NCBI GenBank assembly: GCA_947448105.1
Contig: CANFNE010000001.1
Location: 1-36,902, forward strand
Reading direction: 5' to 3'
Source: Burkholderiales bacterium
GTDB taxonomy: Bacteria; Pseudomonadota; Gammaproteobacteria; Burkholderiales; Burkholderiaceae_C
Length of the DNA stretch: 36,902 nucleotides
The translations under genes and the position numbers were made by a program. Below are positions 27,657-36,902 of this stretch, one piece after another. Each line of letters begins with the position of its first letter. Within the stretch, counting starts at the first letter, position 1. Below the pieces are notes generated by a model. It worked only from the letters and a program-made list of their open reading frames with translations. It did not search any database and had not been told where the DNA came from.

Positions 27657-30076
27657 ACGCCCAAGTCCCGGATCTCTTGGCCAACGCACTGCCACCGCAA
27701 ACGATTTGCGACGATGTGCTGCGCGAGAAATACCTCAAACCCGGCGAAACCAGCGCCGACGACGTGCTGCGCCGCGTGGCCAAGGCACTTGCCTCGGTCG
27801 AAAAGCCAGCCCTGCAGGCCAAGTTCGAGGCCCTGTTTTTGCATAACCTGCGCGACGGCGCCATTGGCGCTGGGCGCATCATGAGCGCGGCAGGAACCTC
27901 CATTCAGGCCACGCTGATCAACTGTTTTGTGCAGCCCGTGGGCGACTGCATTCAGGGCATCGACGCAGAGGGCTACCCCGGCATATACGAGGCGTTGCGC
28001 GAGGCGGCAGAGACCATGCGCCGCGGCGGCGGCGTGGGCTACGACTTTTCGCGCATCCGTCCGCGCGGGGCCGAAGTCAAGGGCACGGCGTCCATGGCCT
28101 CGGGGCCGTGCAGCTACATCAACGTGTTTGACCATTCCTGCGCCACGGTGGAGAGCGCGGGGGCGCGCCGGGGCGCCCAAATGGGCGTGTTGCGCATTGA
28201 CCACCCCGATATTTTTGAGTTCATCGGTGCCAAGCGCACGCCCGGACGCTGGAACAACTTCAACGTGTCCGTGGCCGTGCCCGACGCATTTATGCAGGCG
28301 CTCACGCACCAGCAAACCTGGCAACTGGTGCACAGCGCCCGCCCCGGGCTTGAACGCATTGCGGCAGGCGCCCGCCAGCGCGAAGACGGCTTGTGGGTTT
28401 ACCAGGAAATGCCGGCCCAGGAAGTGTGGGACGCCATCATGCAATCGGCCTACGACTTTGCCGAACCCGGCATCCTGTTTCTAGACCGTATCCACCAGGA
28501 CAACAACCTGCGCGCTATTGAGTCGATCGCTGCGACCAACCCCTGTGGCGAACAGCCACTCCCCCCCTACGGCTGCTGCGACCTGGGCCCGGTGATCTTG
28601 CCGCGCTTTGTGCGCCACCCGTTTGGCGTTGCAGGCCCGGCCAGTTTTGACTTTGAACGCTTTGCGCACGCCGTGTCCCTACAGGTGCGCGCGTTGGACA
28701 ATGTGCTGGACCTGACCTATTGGCCGCTGCCCCAGCAAAAGGCCGAGGCTGCCGCCAAACGCCGCATTGGCGTGGGCTTTACCGGCTTGGGCAATGCGCT
28801 GACCATGTTGGGCCTGCGCTACGACAGCGCACCAGGGCGCGACATGGCCACCCTGATTGCCCGCCACATGCGCGACGCCGCCTACGGCGCCTCGGTGGCA
28901 CTGGCGCAAGAAAAGGGCGCGTTTCCCGCCTTTGACGCCAGTACCTATTTGCAAGACGACAACTTTGTGGGCCGCCTGCCCGAGGCCCTGAAACAGTCGA
29001 TCCGCAGCCACGGCATCCGCAACAGCCATCTTCTTTCCATCGCGCCCACGGGCACGGTGAGCCTGGCTTTTGCCGACAACGCCTCCAACGGCATTGAGCC
29101 CTCGTTTTCGTGGGTGTACCGGCGCAAAAAGCGCCAGGCCGACGGCAGCACGCTGGAATACGCGGTAGAAGACCACGCCTGGCGCGTGTTCAAACACCTG
29201 GGCGGCAATACCGACGCCCTGCCCGAGAGCTTTGTCTGCGCGCTGGACATGCCCGCGCAAGCACACATCGCCATGATGAAGGCGGTGCAACCGCTGGTTG
29301 ACACCGCAATTTCCAAGACGGTGAACGTGCCGGGCGACTACCCGTTTGACGCCTTCAAGCACCTGTATTTGCAGGCCTGGCAGGCGCACCTCAAGGGCCT
29401 GGCGACCTACCGCCCGAACAGCATCCTGGGCTCGGTGCTCGAAGCTGGCCCGACCGCAAGCGCGAGCGCACCTGTTCCTGGGACGGCGGCAGCGCCAGAC
29501 CCCATGCGCAGCGTGATCGAGAGCCGCCCCAAAGGCGCCCTGTCCGCCGTGGCCGAAAAGGTCGAATACTGGACGCAAGAAGGCCACAAAACCTTGTATC
29601 TGGTGGTGTCCTTCATGCCCGTGCCCCACCCCAGCGGCGTGGGCACGGTGGAGCGCGCCATCGAGTTTTTTATGCCCGTGGGCCAAAGCGGCGAATCCCA
29701 GCAGTGGATGACCTCAAGCATGCGGCTCTTGTCGCTGGCGGCACGCGGCGGCTTTTTGGAGCGTGCGCTGGCCGACATGCGCAAAGTGGCCTGGGACCGC
29801 GGCCCGGTGCGCCTGGGAAGCTTTAGCCGCAGCGACGGTGCGCAACTACCCCTGTGGCACGACAGCGAGGTGGCCGCCATCGCCTATGCCATCCAGAACA
29901 TCATGGCCCAGCGCAACGAAGGCGGCCAGAAGCCTGCCGGGGCTGCGCCCGCAAGCGACCACGCGCCGCAAGCCATGGCCGGTAAAAAATGCCAGGAATG
30001 CGGCGCCCACGCGGTCATCAAAAAAGACGGCTGCGACTACTGTACCCAGTGCGGCTATCTGGGAAGCTGCGGGTAA
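27653..30076 (+). CDS. nrdJ: Class II (adenosylcobalamin-dependent) ribonucleotide reductase
   Basis: LINCFV, TNPCGEQ...GCCDLG, SIAPTGT, AISKTVN, KGLATYR; C-terminal CxxC...CxxCxxC tail; no nrdB nearby; ATGA overlap with the upstream gene. Confidence 0.93.
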   Translation: MNAQVPDLLANALPPQTICDDVLREKYLKPGETSADDVLRRVAKALASVEKPALQAKFEALFLHNLRDGAIGAGRIMSAAGTSIQATLINCFVQPVGDCIQGIDAEGYPGIYEALREAAETMRRGGGVGYDFSRIRPRGAEVKGTASMASGPCSYINVFDHSCATVESAGARRGAQMGVLRIDHPDIFEFIGAKRTPGRWNNFNVSVAVPDAFMQALTHQQTWQLVHSARPGLERIAAGARQREDGLWVYQEMPAQEVWDAIMQSAYDFAEPGILFLDRIHQDNNLRAIESIAATNPCGEQPLPPYGCCDLGPVILPRFVRHPFGVAGPASFDFERFAHAVSLQVRALDNVLDLTYWPLPQQKAEAAAKRRIGVGFTGLGNALTMLGLRYDSAPGRDMATLIARHMRDAAYGASVALAQEKGAFPAFDASTYLQDDNFVGRLPEALKQSIRSHGIRNSHLLSIAPTGTVSLAFADNASNGIEPSFSWVYRRKKRQADGSTLEYAVEDHAWRVFKHLGGNTDALPESFVCALDMPAQAHIAMMKAVQPLVDTAISKTVNVPGDYPFDAFKHLYLQAWQAHLKGLATYRPNSILGSVLEAGPTASASAPVPGTAAAPDPMRSVIESRPKGALSAVAEKVEYWTQEGHKTLYLVVSFMPVPHPSGVGTVERAIEFFMPVGQSGESQQWMTSSMRLLSLAARGGFLERALADMRKVAWDRGPVRLGSFSRSDGAQLPLWHDSEVAAIAYAIQNIMAQRNEGGQKPAGAAPASDHAPQAMAGKKCQECGAHAVIKKDGCDYCTQCGYLGSCG

Positions 30077-30097
30077 GGGGCGGCAATCGCGAAGAAT

Positions 30098-30111
30098 TTG
30101 ATGCAAGTCAA
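30098..30111. promoter_or_regulatory. FNR/Anr-type box upstream of the hemerythrin gene
   Basis: TTGAT-GCAA-GTCAA, 9/10 match to consensus, about 70 nt before the ATG. Confidence 0.75.
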
Positions 30112-30179
30112 GCCCAGGCGCCTCAGCCCGTGAGACGCTCAAAGCGTCCAAGCAAGTCCGTCACTGTGCCGCTTTCCCT

Positions 30180-30761
30180 ATGACCCACCCCAGCATCCGC
30201 ATCATCCACGACGAACACACCGCGCTGACCGCCATGCTGCGCTCCATGGGCATGCTGGTACAACGCGGACCGCACGACCGGCCAGAGCAGTTTTTTGACG
30301 TGATGCGCGCCATGCTTTTTTACATGGACGAATTCCCGGAGCGTCTGCACCACACCAAAGAAACCGCGCTGTTATTTCCGCCGGTGGCCGCACGTTCTGC
30401 GGCCACGCGCGAAGTGATTGCGCAGCTCACCCACGAGCACACGGTGGGTGAGGCCCAGGTGCGCGAGCTGCAACACCTGCTGCTGGGCTGGGAACTGCTG
30501 GGCGACTCGCGCCGCGGCGATTTTGAGGCAGCGCTCAAGTCCTACGTCGAGTTTTACCTGAACCACATCCGTCTGGAAGAAACCGTGGTGATTCCCGAGG
30601 CACGCAAGGTGCTCGATGACGCCGACTGGATGCTGCTAGACACCGCGTTCACCACCGAAAGCAACCCGATTACGGGCAAGTACGCGCGTGAACCGCTGTA
30701 CGACCGGCTCTTTACCCGCATCGCCATGCACACGCCAGCGCCCATCGGCCTGGGCAGCTAG
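30180..30761 (+). CDS. Hemerythrin (HHE) domain protein
   Basis: HDEH, HHTKE...LFP, HEH, HIRLEE iron-ligand pattern. Confidence 0.92.
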   Translation: MTHPSIRIIHDEHTALTAMLRSMGMLVQRGPHDRPEQFFDVMRAMLFYMDEFPERLHHTKETALLFPPVAARSAATREVIAQLTHEHTVGEAQVRELQHLLLGWELLGDSRRGDFEAALKSYVEFYLNHIRLEETVVIPEARKVLDDADWMLLDTAFTTESNPITGKYAREPLYDRLFTRIAMHTPAPIGLGS

Positions 30762-30799
30762 GCGCCAGGCCATCCCCCTTTCCTCGCTAAGATCCTCCC

Positions 30800-31126
30800 A
30801 TGCAAGTCTTCAAAACCATTTTCGCCACCCTGCTTTCGCTTTGCCTTTTGAGCACACACGCAAGCGACGCGCCGCTGACCATTGCACCGCACCAGTTGCC
30901 CCAGCCGCTGCTGGAGCAATACGCCAAGAACAAACCCGATCTGGGCCGTTATGGCCACTGTGCGGCCGGCTTTGACAGCCGCACCGACGGCCTGAAAATG
31001 GCCTTTAGCTGCGCGATTTACGTGCGCCTGTCCGCCCAAGGCGAGCGCTTGGCCGTGTCTTTGTGCAACGAACGCGCCAAGTTGCTCAAAGTCAAGGCGC
31101 CTTGCGCGCTGATCGTCGAAGACTAA
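30800..31126 (+). CDS. Small exported hypothetical protein with 4 Cys in the mature part
   Basis: Signal peptide ending THA; fills the gap between the hemerythrin gene and ygfZ. Confidence 0.7.
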   Translation: MQVFKTIFATLLSLCLLSTHASDAPLTIAPHQLPQPLLEQYAKNKPDLGRYGHCAAGFDSRTDGLKMAFSCAIYVRLSAQGERLAVSLCNERAKLLKVKAPCALIVED

Positions 31127-31206
31127 GGCTGAACCCGAGGGTTGCGCCAAGGGCGCGACAGCCGCGCAGGCCCTGCGGGTATTGGGCGGGCCGCATAATT
31201 CGGACC

Positions 31207-32235
31207 ATGCAAGCGACCACTCCATCCTCCCCCGTCTCCTCGCCACCGCTGGCCTCCAGCGCGCCATCGGTCGATGCCAGTTCCTCTTCAGAATCGGGTG
31301 CGGTACAACTGCCCGCCAGTGGCGTAGCCCGACTGGCGCATTTAGGCGTCATAGAAGCCAGCGGCGACGACGCCATCCGCTTTTTGAACGGCCAGCTCAG
31401 CAACGACCTCAACCAGCTCTCCCCCACGCAGGCTCGGCTGGCCGCGTTTTGCTCGGCCAAGGGCCGCATGCAGGCCAGTTTTGTGGTGCTCCAGCGTGAC
31501 AAGGGCGACGTTTTGCTGGTGTGCAGCGCCGACCTGCTGGCGCCCACGCTCAAGCGCATGTCCATGTTTGTCATGCGCGCCAAGGCCAAGCTGCGGGACG
31601 CCAGCGCCGATTTTGCAGTCTATGGGCTGTTAGGCCAAAGCACCTCCACGCTGGACGCAGGTGCCACCGCACCCTGGAGCGCCACCAATGTGGCCGACGC
31701 CAGCGTGGTGCAGTTGTACCCGGCCCAAGGGCTGGCGCGCCAGCTTTTGCTTAGCCCCACCAGCGCGCCTGCGCCCGCAGGACCGTCGCTTGCGCTGGCC
31801 GATTGGCAATCCAGCGAAGTGCTCAGCGGTGTGGCCACCGTGAGCGCTGCCGTGGTGGAAGCCTTTGTGCCCCAGATGCTGAACTTTGAGTCGGTAGGCG
31901 GCGTGAGTTTCAAGAAAGGCTGCTACCCCGGCCAAGAGGTGGTGGCGCGCAGCCAGTTTCGCGGCACCCTCAAGCGCCGCGCCTATATTGCGCAACTGCC
32001 GTTCAGTGATTCCGGTGCGCCCGTGGCTGCGGGTCAAGCGCTGTTTTCAAGCCTCGACCCCGATCAGCCCTGCGGCTTGGTGGTGCAAGCCGCCCGCAGT
32101 GCACAAGGCCCGTGGCTGGCGATTGTGTCCATGCAAACCAGCGCCGCAGAAGCGGGCGAACTGCGCCTGGGCGGCCCCAACGGCGCGCCTTTGGCTCTGC
32201 TGCCGCTGCCCTACGCCTTACTCGAAGACATTTAA
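31207..32235 (+). CDS. ygfZ: Folate-binding Fe-S maintenance protein YgfZ
   Basis: FLNGQLSND, GVSFKKGCYPGQEVVAR signature. Start uncertain. Confidence 0.93.
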   Translation: MQATTPSSPVSSPPLASSAPSVDASSSSESGAVQLPASGVARLAHLGVIEASGDDAIRFLNGQLSNDLNQLSPTQARLAAFCSAKGRMQASFVVLQRDKGDVLLVCSADLLAPTLKRMSMFVMRAKAKLRDASADFAVYGLLGQSTSTLDAGATAPWSATNVADASVVQLYPAQGLARQLLLSPTSAPAPAGPSLALADWQSSEVLSGVATVSAAVVEAFVPQMLNFESVGGVSFKKGCYPGQEVVARSQFRGTLKRRAYIAQLPFSDSGAPVAAGQALFSSLDPDQPCGLVVQAARSAQGPWLAIVSMQTSAAEAGELRLGGPNGAPLALLPLPYALLEDI

Positions 32236-32942
32236 GTCGTTGGGGCGCTGCCGGTGTGCGCAGCCCAAGCCGCTAGCGCCGCCTTGCCCCAGCCAGCCCC
32301 ACGCAGGGGCTCGGCCACTGCCACCCCGTCTACCGATTGCGACCCGGCGCAGCGCCGGGCTGTGGCTACTGGTTCGCCCAAGGCATTGCGCAGCAGGCAA
32401 TGCTGGGCTGTGGCGTCGTGTTCATCGGCGGGGCGCAGGCTTTGCACTGCTGCGCTCACCTCGCTCCAAGCGGCAAACGTGGTGCTGACAACCGGCGCGC
32501 CACGCTCGAAACCCAGCATGGTCTGGCGCAGGGCCTCGGGTACGGGCAGTGCCCGCTTGGCCACCGGGTCGGCGAACACATAGATCAATTCGGCGCTGAC
32601 CAGCAGTTCCTCACCCCGAAAAATGCCACTCAAAAATTGAACCGACGAGTTCCCCATGCGTGCGCAGCGCAGGGCCACGCTCAGGCGGTCGTCGTAGAGG
32701 GCGGAGGCATGAAACTCCAGGGTCGATTTCTTAACGAACAACTCGCCGCCCAGCGCGTGCAGGGTTTGCTCATAGGGCAGCGCAATGGCGCGCCAGTAGT
32801 CGGCAATGGCGGTGTCCACGTACATCAGGTAGTGGGGGTTGAAGACGATTTTTTGCAAATCCACCTCGGCCCAGCGCACGCGCAGGCGGTGGTGCATGCG
32901 AAAGTCGGCCAATGTCGGCAACCGCACTGGTACTTCAGCCAT
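32232..32942 (-). CDS. YbgC/FadM-family acyl-CoA thioesterase with a short GNAT-like C-terminal remnant
   Basis: RVRWAEVDLQKIVFNPHYL hotdog motif; tail ...VAVAEPLRGAGWG. Confidence 0.88.
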   Translation of the reverse strand: MAEVPVRLPTLADFRMHHRLRVRWAEVDLQKIVFNPHYLMYVDTAIADYWRAIALPYEQTLHALGGELFVKKSTLEFHASALYDDRLSVALRCARMGNSSVQFLSGIFRGEELLVSAELIYVFADPVAKRALPVPEALRQTMLGFERGAPVVSTTFAAWSEVSAAVQSLRPADEHDATAQHCLLRNALGEPVATARRCAGSQSVDGVAVAEPLRGAGWGKAALAAWAAHTGSAPTT

Positions 32943-33921
32943 GGTCAAACACCTTTCGCAAAGCCCGGGCTGCGTCCGCGTGCGCCTGCAGCGCCTGCGG
33001 CACCACACGGCCCATCTTGATGAATTCGTGCACCACGCCCCGGTAAATTTCCAGGTCTACCGGCACCCCGGCCAGGCGCAGGCGGTCGGCGTACAACACG
33101 CCCTCGTCCACCAGCGGATCGCATTCGGCCAAGCCCACCCACGCCGGCGCCACGCCGCCCACGTCCACCAGTTCGCCGTGTGCGTCCAGCCCATCCAGGG
33201 GCGCAAAGCGCCAGTCGTCCCGGTCTGCCGGGGCGCGCAGGTAGTGGTTAAAAAAGTAGCGGATATGCGCCTCTTCCAGCACAAAGCCCTGGGCAAAGCG
33301 CCGGTGCGAATCGGTGTTTTGGTGGCCGCAGGTGCCGGGGTAAAACAGCAGTTGCAGTGCCAGCGCCAGACCGGCGTCGCGCGCGGCAATAGCGCAGGCC
33401 GCCGCCAGCGTGCCGCCAGCACTGTCGCCGCCCACCGCGATGCGGCTGCTGTCAAGCCCCAGGCTTGCGGCCGACGCAGCCAGCCAAGCCAGCGCGTCCC
33501 AAGCGTCTTCAAACGCGGTGGGAAAGCGGTGCTCGGGTGCCAGCCTGTAGTCCACCGACACCACCGCGCAGTGCGCCAAGTGGCTCAGGCGGCGGCACAG
33601 CGTGTCGTGGGTTTGTACGCTTCCAATGGTGAAGCCACCGCCATGAAAGTACAGCAGCACCGGCAGGCGCTCGGCGCTGGGCGCGTACAGGCGGGCCAGC
33701 AACTGCGCGCCGTCGCGGGTGGCAAAAAAATGGTCCTCCACCCGCGTCAGCGTCTGCGCGGGTAGTTCCAACACATCCGCGCCTGCGGCATAGGCAGCGC
33801 GCGCCTGCTGCGGCGACAGGGCGTGCATGGGCACGTGGCCAGCGCGCGCAATGCGCTCGAGCACACCGCGCATGACCGGCGCGAGCAAATGGGCGGGGGA
33901 ACTGTGGTGGCGGTGAGGCAT
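32935..33921 (-). CDS. Alpha/beta hydrolase, HSL-family esterase/lipase
   Basis: HGGGF, DYRLAPEH, GDSAGG, CDPL, HEF. Confidence 0.95.
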   Translation of the reverse strand: MPHRHHSSPAHLLAPVMRGVLERIARAGHVPMHALSPQQARAAYAAGADVLELPAQTLTRVEDHFFATRDGAQLLARLYAPSAERLPVLLYFHGGGFTIGSVQTHDTLCRRLSHLAHCAVVSVDYRLAPEHRFPTAFEDAWDALAWLAASAASLGLDSSRIAVGGDSAGGTLAAACAIAARDAGLALALQLLFYPGTCGHQNTDSHRRFAQGFVLEEAHIRYFFNHYLRAPADRDDWRFAPLDGLDAHGELVDVGGVAPAWVGLAECDPLVDEGVLYADRLRLAGVPVDLEIYRGVVHEFIKMGRVVPQALQAHADAARALRKVFDHG

Positions 33922-33955
33922 GGGGTGCGGGTAGTCGAAAAAAAGGAGAAAACGC

Positions 33956-35182
33956 TCAACCGGCGGCCGGTGCTGTTCTGCGGCCCACGCCGAGCGCAGC
34001 GCCAACGCTGAGCATCAACACCGCGGAAGCACCCAGCAGTGTGGCGCTGTACCAGCCCCGGTCCATCAAAGCGCCAAACACCAGCGGCGAAACGGCAAAA
34101 CCGGTGTCCAGACCGGAATACACCAGACCGTAGACGCGACCGGTGGCGCCCTGGGGCGTGGCGCGCTTGATCATCATGTCGCGCGAGGGGCCGCCAATGC
34201 CGACCGCAAACCCGGTGGCCGCCAGCACCACCATGGTGGGCGTAGCGCCCAGCCAACCGGTGCCACACAGGGCCAGCAAGAGCGAACCAGCAGCCATGGT
34301 CAGCGCCACCACCCGGTCGCTATGGACGGTACGTGCCGCCACAAAGCCACCCACAAACACGCCCAACGCGCCACACAGCATGTAGGCGCTCAGCGTGAGC
34401 GTGGCCGCCTCAAAGCCCACGCCATGCATGGCTTTAAGAATCGACACCGCAAAGCCCTGCACCACAGCAAGCGTCATGGTGGAGAGAAAGAAGAACGCAA
34501 AACACCACCACACCACAGGCAGCTTCATAAAGGCCATGGCGTGGCCGGGGTCGGCCACCGGATTGCGCGCCAGCACGCGGGTCTGCAGGTGTTCACGCTG
34601 CAGCACCAATACCAGCAAAACTACCGCAAAAAAGGCGGCCGCCGCCAGATAGGTCTGGCGCCAGCCCAGCACCGAGCCCAAACCGGCGAAGAACACCGGC
34701 GCGGTGGCCCAGCCCAGATTGCCGCTCAGTCCGTGGGCGCTAAAAGCGTAGCCCAGGCGCGCAGCCGACACGCGCTGGTTGAGGATGGTGAAGTCAATCG
34801 GGTGAAACGGCGCGTTGGCTGCGCCCGCCAGCGCAGCCACCAGCACCAAAGAGGCGTAGCTTTGGGCTGCGGACGCCAAAAGGCAGGCGGTGATAAACAG
34901 CCCGAAGGAAGTAAACAACAGCGGCCGCGCGCCGATCCGGTCCACCACAAAGCCTGAACACGCCTGGCCCATGCCGGATATGGCGAAAAAAACCGTCATC
35001 AGCAGCCCTAGCTCGGAGTAGCTAAAACCAAACTCCTTGAGAAAGACCGGAAACAGCAGCGGCAATATCAAGTGGCCGAAATGCGAACTGCCGTGCGCCA
35101 GGCCCACCAGGCCAATGACGCGGGCGTCCTGGCGCCAGGCGACGGGGGAATCGGTGGGTAAATCGCGTGTTGCAGTGGTCAT
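33956..35182 (-). CDS. MFS transporter
   Basis: About 12 hydrophobic segments; motif A GFVVDRIGAR. Confidence 0.93.
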   Translation of the reverse strand: MTTATRDLPTDSPVAWRQDARVIGLVGLAHGSSHFGHLILPLLFPVFLKEFGFSYSELGLLMTVFFAISGMGQACSGFVVDRIGARPLLFTSFGLFITACLLASAAQSYASLVLVAALAGAANAPFHPIDFTILNQRVSAARLGYAFSAHGLSGNLGWATAPVFFAGLGSVLGWRQTYLAAAAFFAVVLLVLVLQREHLQTRVLARNPVADPGHAMAFMKLPVVWWCFAFFFLSTMTLAVVQGFAVSILKAMHGVGFEAATLTLSAYMLCGALGVFVGGFVAARTVHSDRVVALTMAAGSLLLALCGTGWLGATPTMVVLAATGFAVGIGGPSRDMMIKRATPQGATGRVYGLVYSGLDTGFAVSPLVFGALMDRGWYSATLLGASAVLMLSVGAALGVGRRTAPAAG

Positions 35183-35230
35183 AGCGCGAAATAGTAATGT
35201 CTGCAGGCGGCGGCTCCTGCCGCCAAAAGC

Positions 35231-36902
35231 TCACACCGGCGTGAGTTTGGCCACGCTCAGCGCCAGCCACTTGGTGCCGTGGCGGGGAAAGTTGATTTGC
35301 GCGCGCGCATCATCTCCTGCGCCTTCCAGCGTGAGTACCGTGCCTTCGCCAAACTTGTTGTGAAACACCTGCATGCCCAAACGCAGGCCGTGCTCGGGCT
35401 CCGTCTTGCGGGCCACGGGTGCGCCGCTTCCGTAGGTGGCCGATCCGGCTGCGGAAGACGCGCTGGTGTAATTGGTGCTGGAGCCACCGCCGTGTCCGCC
35501 ATAACTGCCACCGCCCTGGCCCCAGCTGCCGCGCACCGGTTGGCGTTTGGGTGTCAGGAGCTTGAGGCATTCCTCGGGCAGCTCGTCAAAAAAGCGGCTT
35601 TTGAGGTTGTAGCGGGTCTGGCCATGCAGCATGCGAGTTTGCGAATGGCTCAGGTACAGGCGCTGGCGTGCGCGGGTGATGGCAACGTACATCAGCCTAC
35701 GTTCTTCTTCCAGTCCGTCGCGGTCGCTCAAGGAGTTTTCGTGGGGAAACAGGCCCTCCTCCATTCCGGTGATGAACACGCAGTCAAATTCCAGGCCCTT
35801 GGCCGAATGCACCGTCATGAGCTGGATGGCGTCTTGCCCGGCCTGCGCCATGTTGTCACCGGCCTCCAGCGCCGCGTGGGTCAAAAAGGCCACCAGGGGC
35901 GACAGGGTTTCGCCCGTGTCGCCAAACTCGGGCTCGGGAAGCGGCAGATCGGGGCTCAAGCCCTGGCTGGCCGGGCTTTGGGTTAAGGCGCTATCCGCGC
36001 CCTGCCCGCCGGGCGCACTTCGGCCAAAGCCTTCCAGGCGCACAAAGCTTTCGGCGGCGTTGACAAGTTCTTCCAAGTTTTCGATGCGGTCTTCGCCTTC
36101 GCGCTCGAGGCGGTAGTGGGCCAGCAGGCCGCTGTGGTCGAGTACCAGGGCCACGGTTTCGCGCAGGCTCAAGGTGGTGGTTTGTTCACGCAGCACGTCA
36201 ATCTTGGCGACAAAGGCGCCCAAGAGCGTGCCGGCCTTGCCAGCAACGGCGCTGACCGCGTCATGAAACGAGCAGCCCGAGGCCTTGGCCATGTCTTGCA
36301 ACTGCTCGATGCTGCGCGCGCCAATGCCGCGCGCCGGAAAGTTCACCACCCGCATAAAGCTGGTGTCGTCGTTGGGGTTGGCCAGCAGGCGCAAATAGGC
36401 CAGCGCGTGCTTGATCTCGGCGCGCTCAAAAAAGCGCAGGCCACCGTAGACGCGGTAGGGCAAGCCAGCGTTGAACAGCGCGGTCTCGATCACCCGGCTT
36501 TGCGCGTTGGAGCGGTACAGCACCGCAATCTCGCTGCGCTGGTAGCAGTCTCCCCCCGGATGCTCGGATGGGGTTTTAAGCAGGTGGCGCATTTCGTCCA
36601 CCATCCACTGCGCTTCTTCAAAGTCGCTGGGGGCTTCATACACACGCACGGGTTCGCCCGGGCCCTGGTCGGTGCGCAGGTTTTTGCCCAGACGCCGGCT
36701 GTTGTTGCTGATCAGCGCGTTGGCCGAATCCAGGATATTGCTGTGGCTGCGGTAGTTTTGCTCTAGCTTGATCTGGTGCTGCACGCCAAATTCGCGCACA
36801 AAGTCCGCCATGTTGCCCACGCGCGCGCCGCGAAAGGCGTAAATGCTCTGGTCGTCGTCGCCCACGGCCAGCACCGCGCCGCCCTCGCCCTCTGAAGCCC
36901 CA
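35231..36902 (-). CDS. uvrD: UvrD/PcrA-family DNA helicase II (partial; 5' part lies beyond the right edge)
   Basis: VGDDDQSIYAFRGA, LEQNYRS, LYRSNAQSR, MTVHSAKGLEF, EERRLMYVAITRA, C-terminal Tudor-like HNKFGEG; frame open to the window edge. Confidence 0.95.
   Translation of the reverse strand, partial: GASEGEGGAVLAVGDDDQSIYAFRGARVGNMADFVREFGVQHQIKLEQNYRSHSNILDSANALISNNSRRLGKNLRTDQGPGEPVRVYEAPSDFEEAQWMVDEMRHLLKTPSEHPGGDCYQRSEIAVLYRSNAQSRVIETALFNAGLPYRVYGGLRFFERAEIKHALAYLRLLANPNDDTSFMRVVNFPARGIGARSIEQLQDMAKASGCSFHDAVSAVAGKAGTLLGAFVAKIDVLREQTTTLSLRETVALVLDHSGLLAHYRLEREGEDRIENLEELVNAAESFVRLEGFGRSAPGGQGADSALTQSPASQGLSPDLPLPEPEFGDTGETLSPLVAFLTHAALEAGDNMAQAGQDAIQLMTVHSAKGLEFDCVFITGMEEGLFPHENSLSDRDGLEEERRLMYVAITRARQRLYLSHSQTRMLHGQTRYNLKSRFFDELPEECLKLLTPKRQPVRGSWGQGGGSYGGHGGGSSTNYTSASSAAGSATYGSGAPVARKTEPEHGLRLGMQVFHNKFGEGTVLTLEGAGDDARAQINFPRHGTKWLALSVAKLTPV

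Overview
GC-rich betaproteobacterial chromosomal segment; gene content and order look Comamonadaceae-like (inference). Most of it is core or semi-core: FecR + CHASE2 adenylate cyclase; glnA-hyp-ntrB-ntrC with a sigma54 promoter and NtrC sites; a rsuA-YncE-deacetylase-desaturase-EI24-CinA string; a divergent monosaccharide ABC/kinase/mutarotase/aldolase cluster; arfB, phaR, rimO; an FNR-box-preceded FabX-like/nrdJ/hemerythrin module; ygfZ, thioesterase, esterase, MFS and partial uvrD. The unusual part is the left ~4.4 kb. A minus-strand frame missing from the ORF track stays open from 3195 to the window edge (>=1065 codons). It encodes a bacteriocin-type double-glycine leader ([15 protein letters not shown]), about 800 aa of L-T/S-x-x-Q octad repeats, and an Asp/Glu/His then Pro-Glu acidic region. 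Directly upstream on the same strand is an AT-rich gene for a tubulin-tyrosine-ligase-like ATP-grasp enzyme. Together they suggest a candidate leader-directed modification/export system for a giant protein (hypothesis; no transporter is visible in this window). No tRNA, rRNA, CRISPR array or transposase was recognised. All family calls come from motif recognition by eye, not from database searches.
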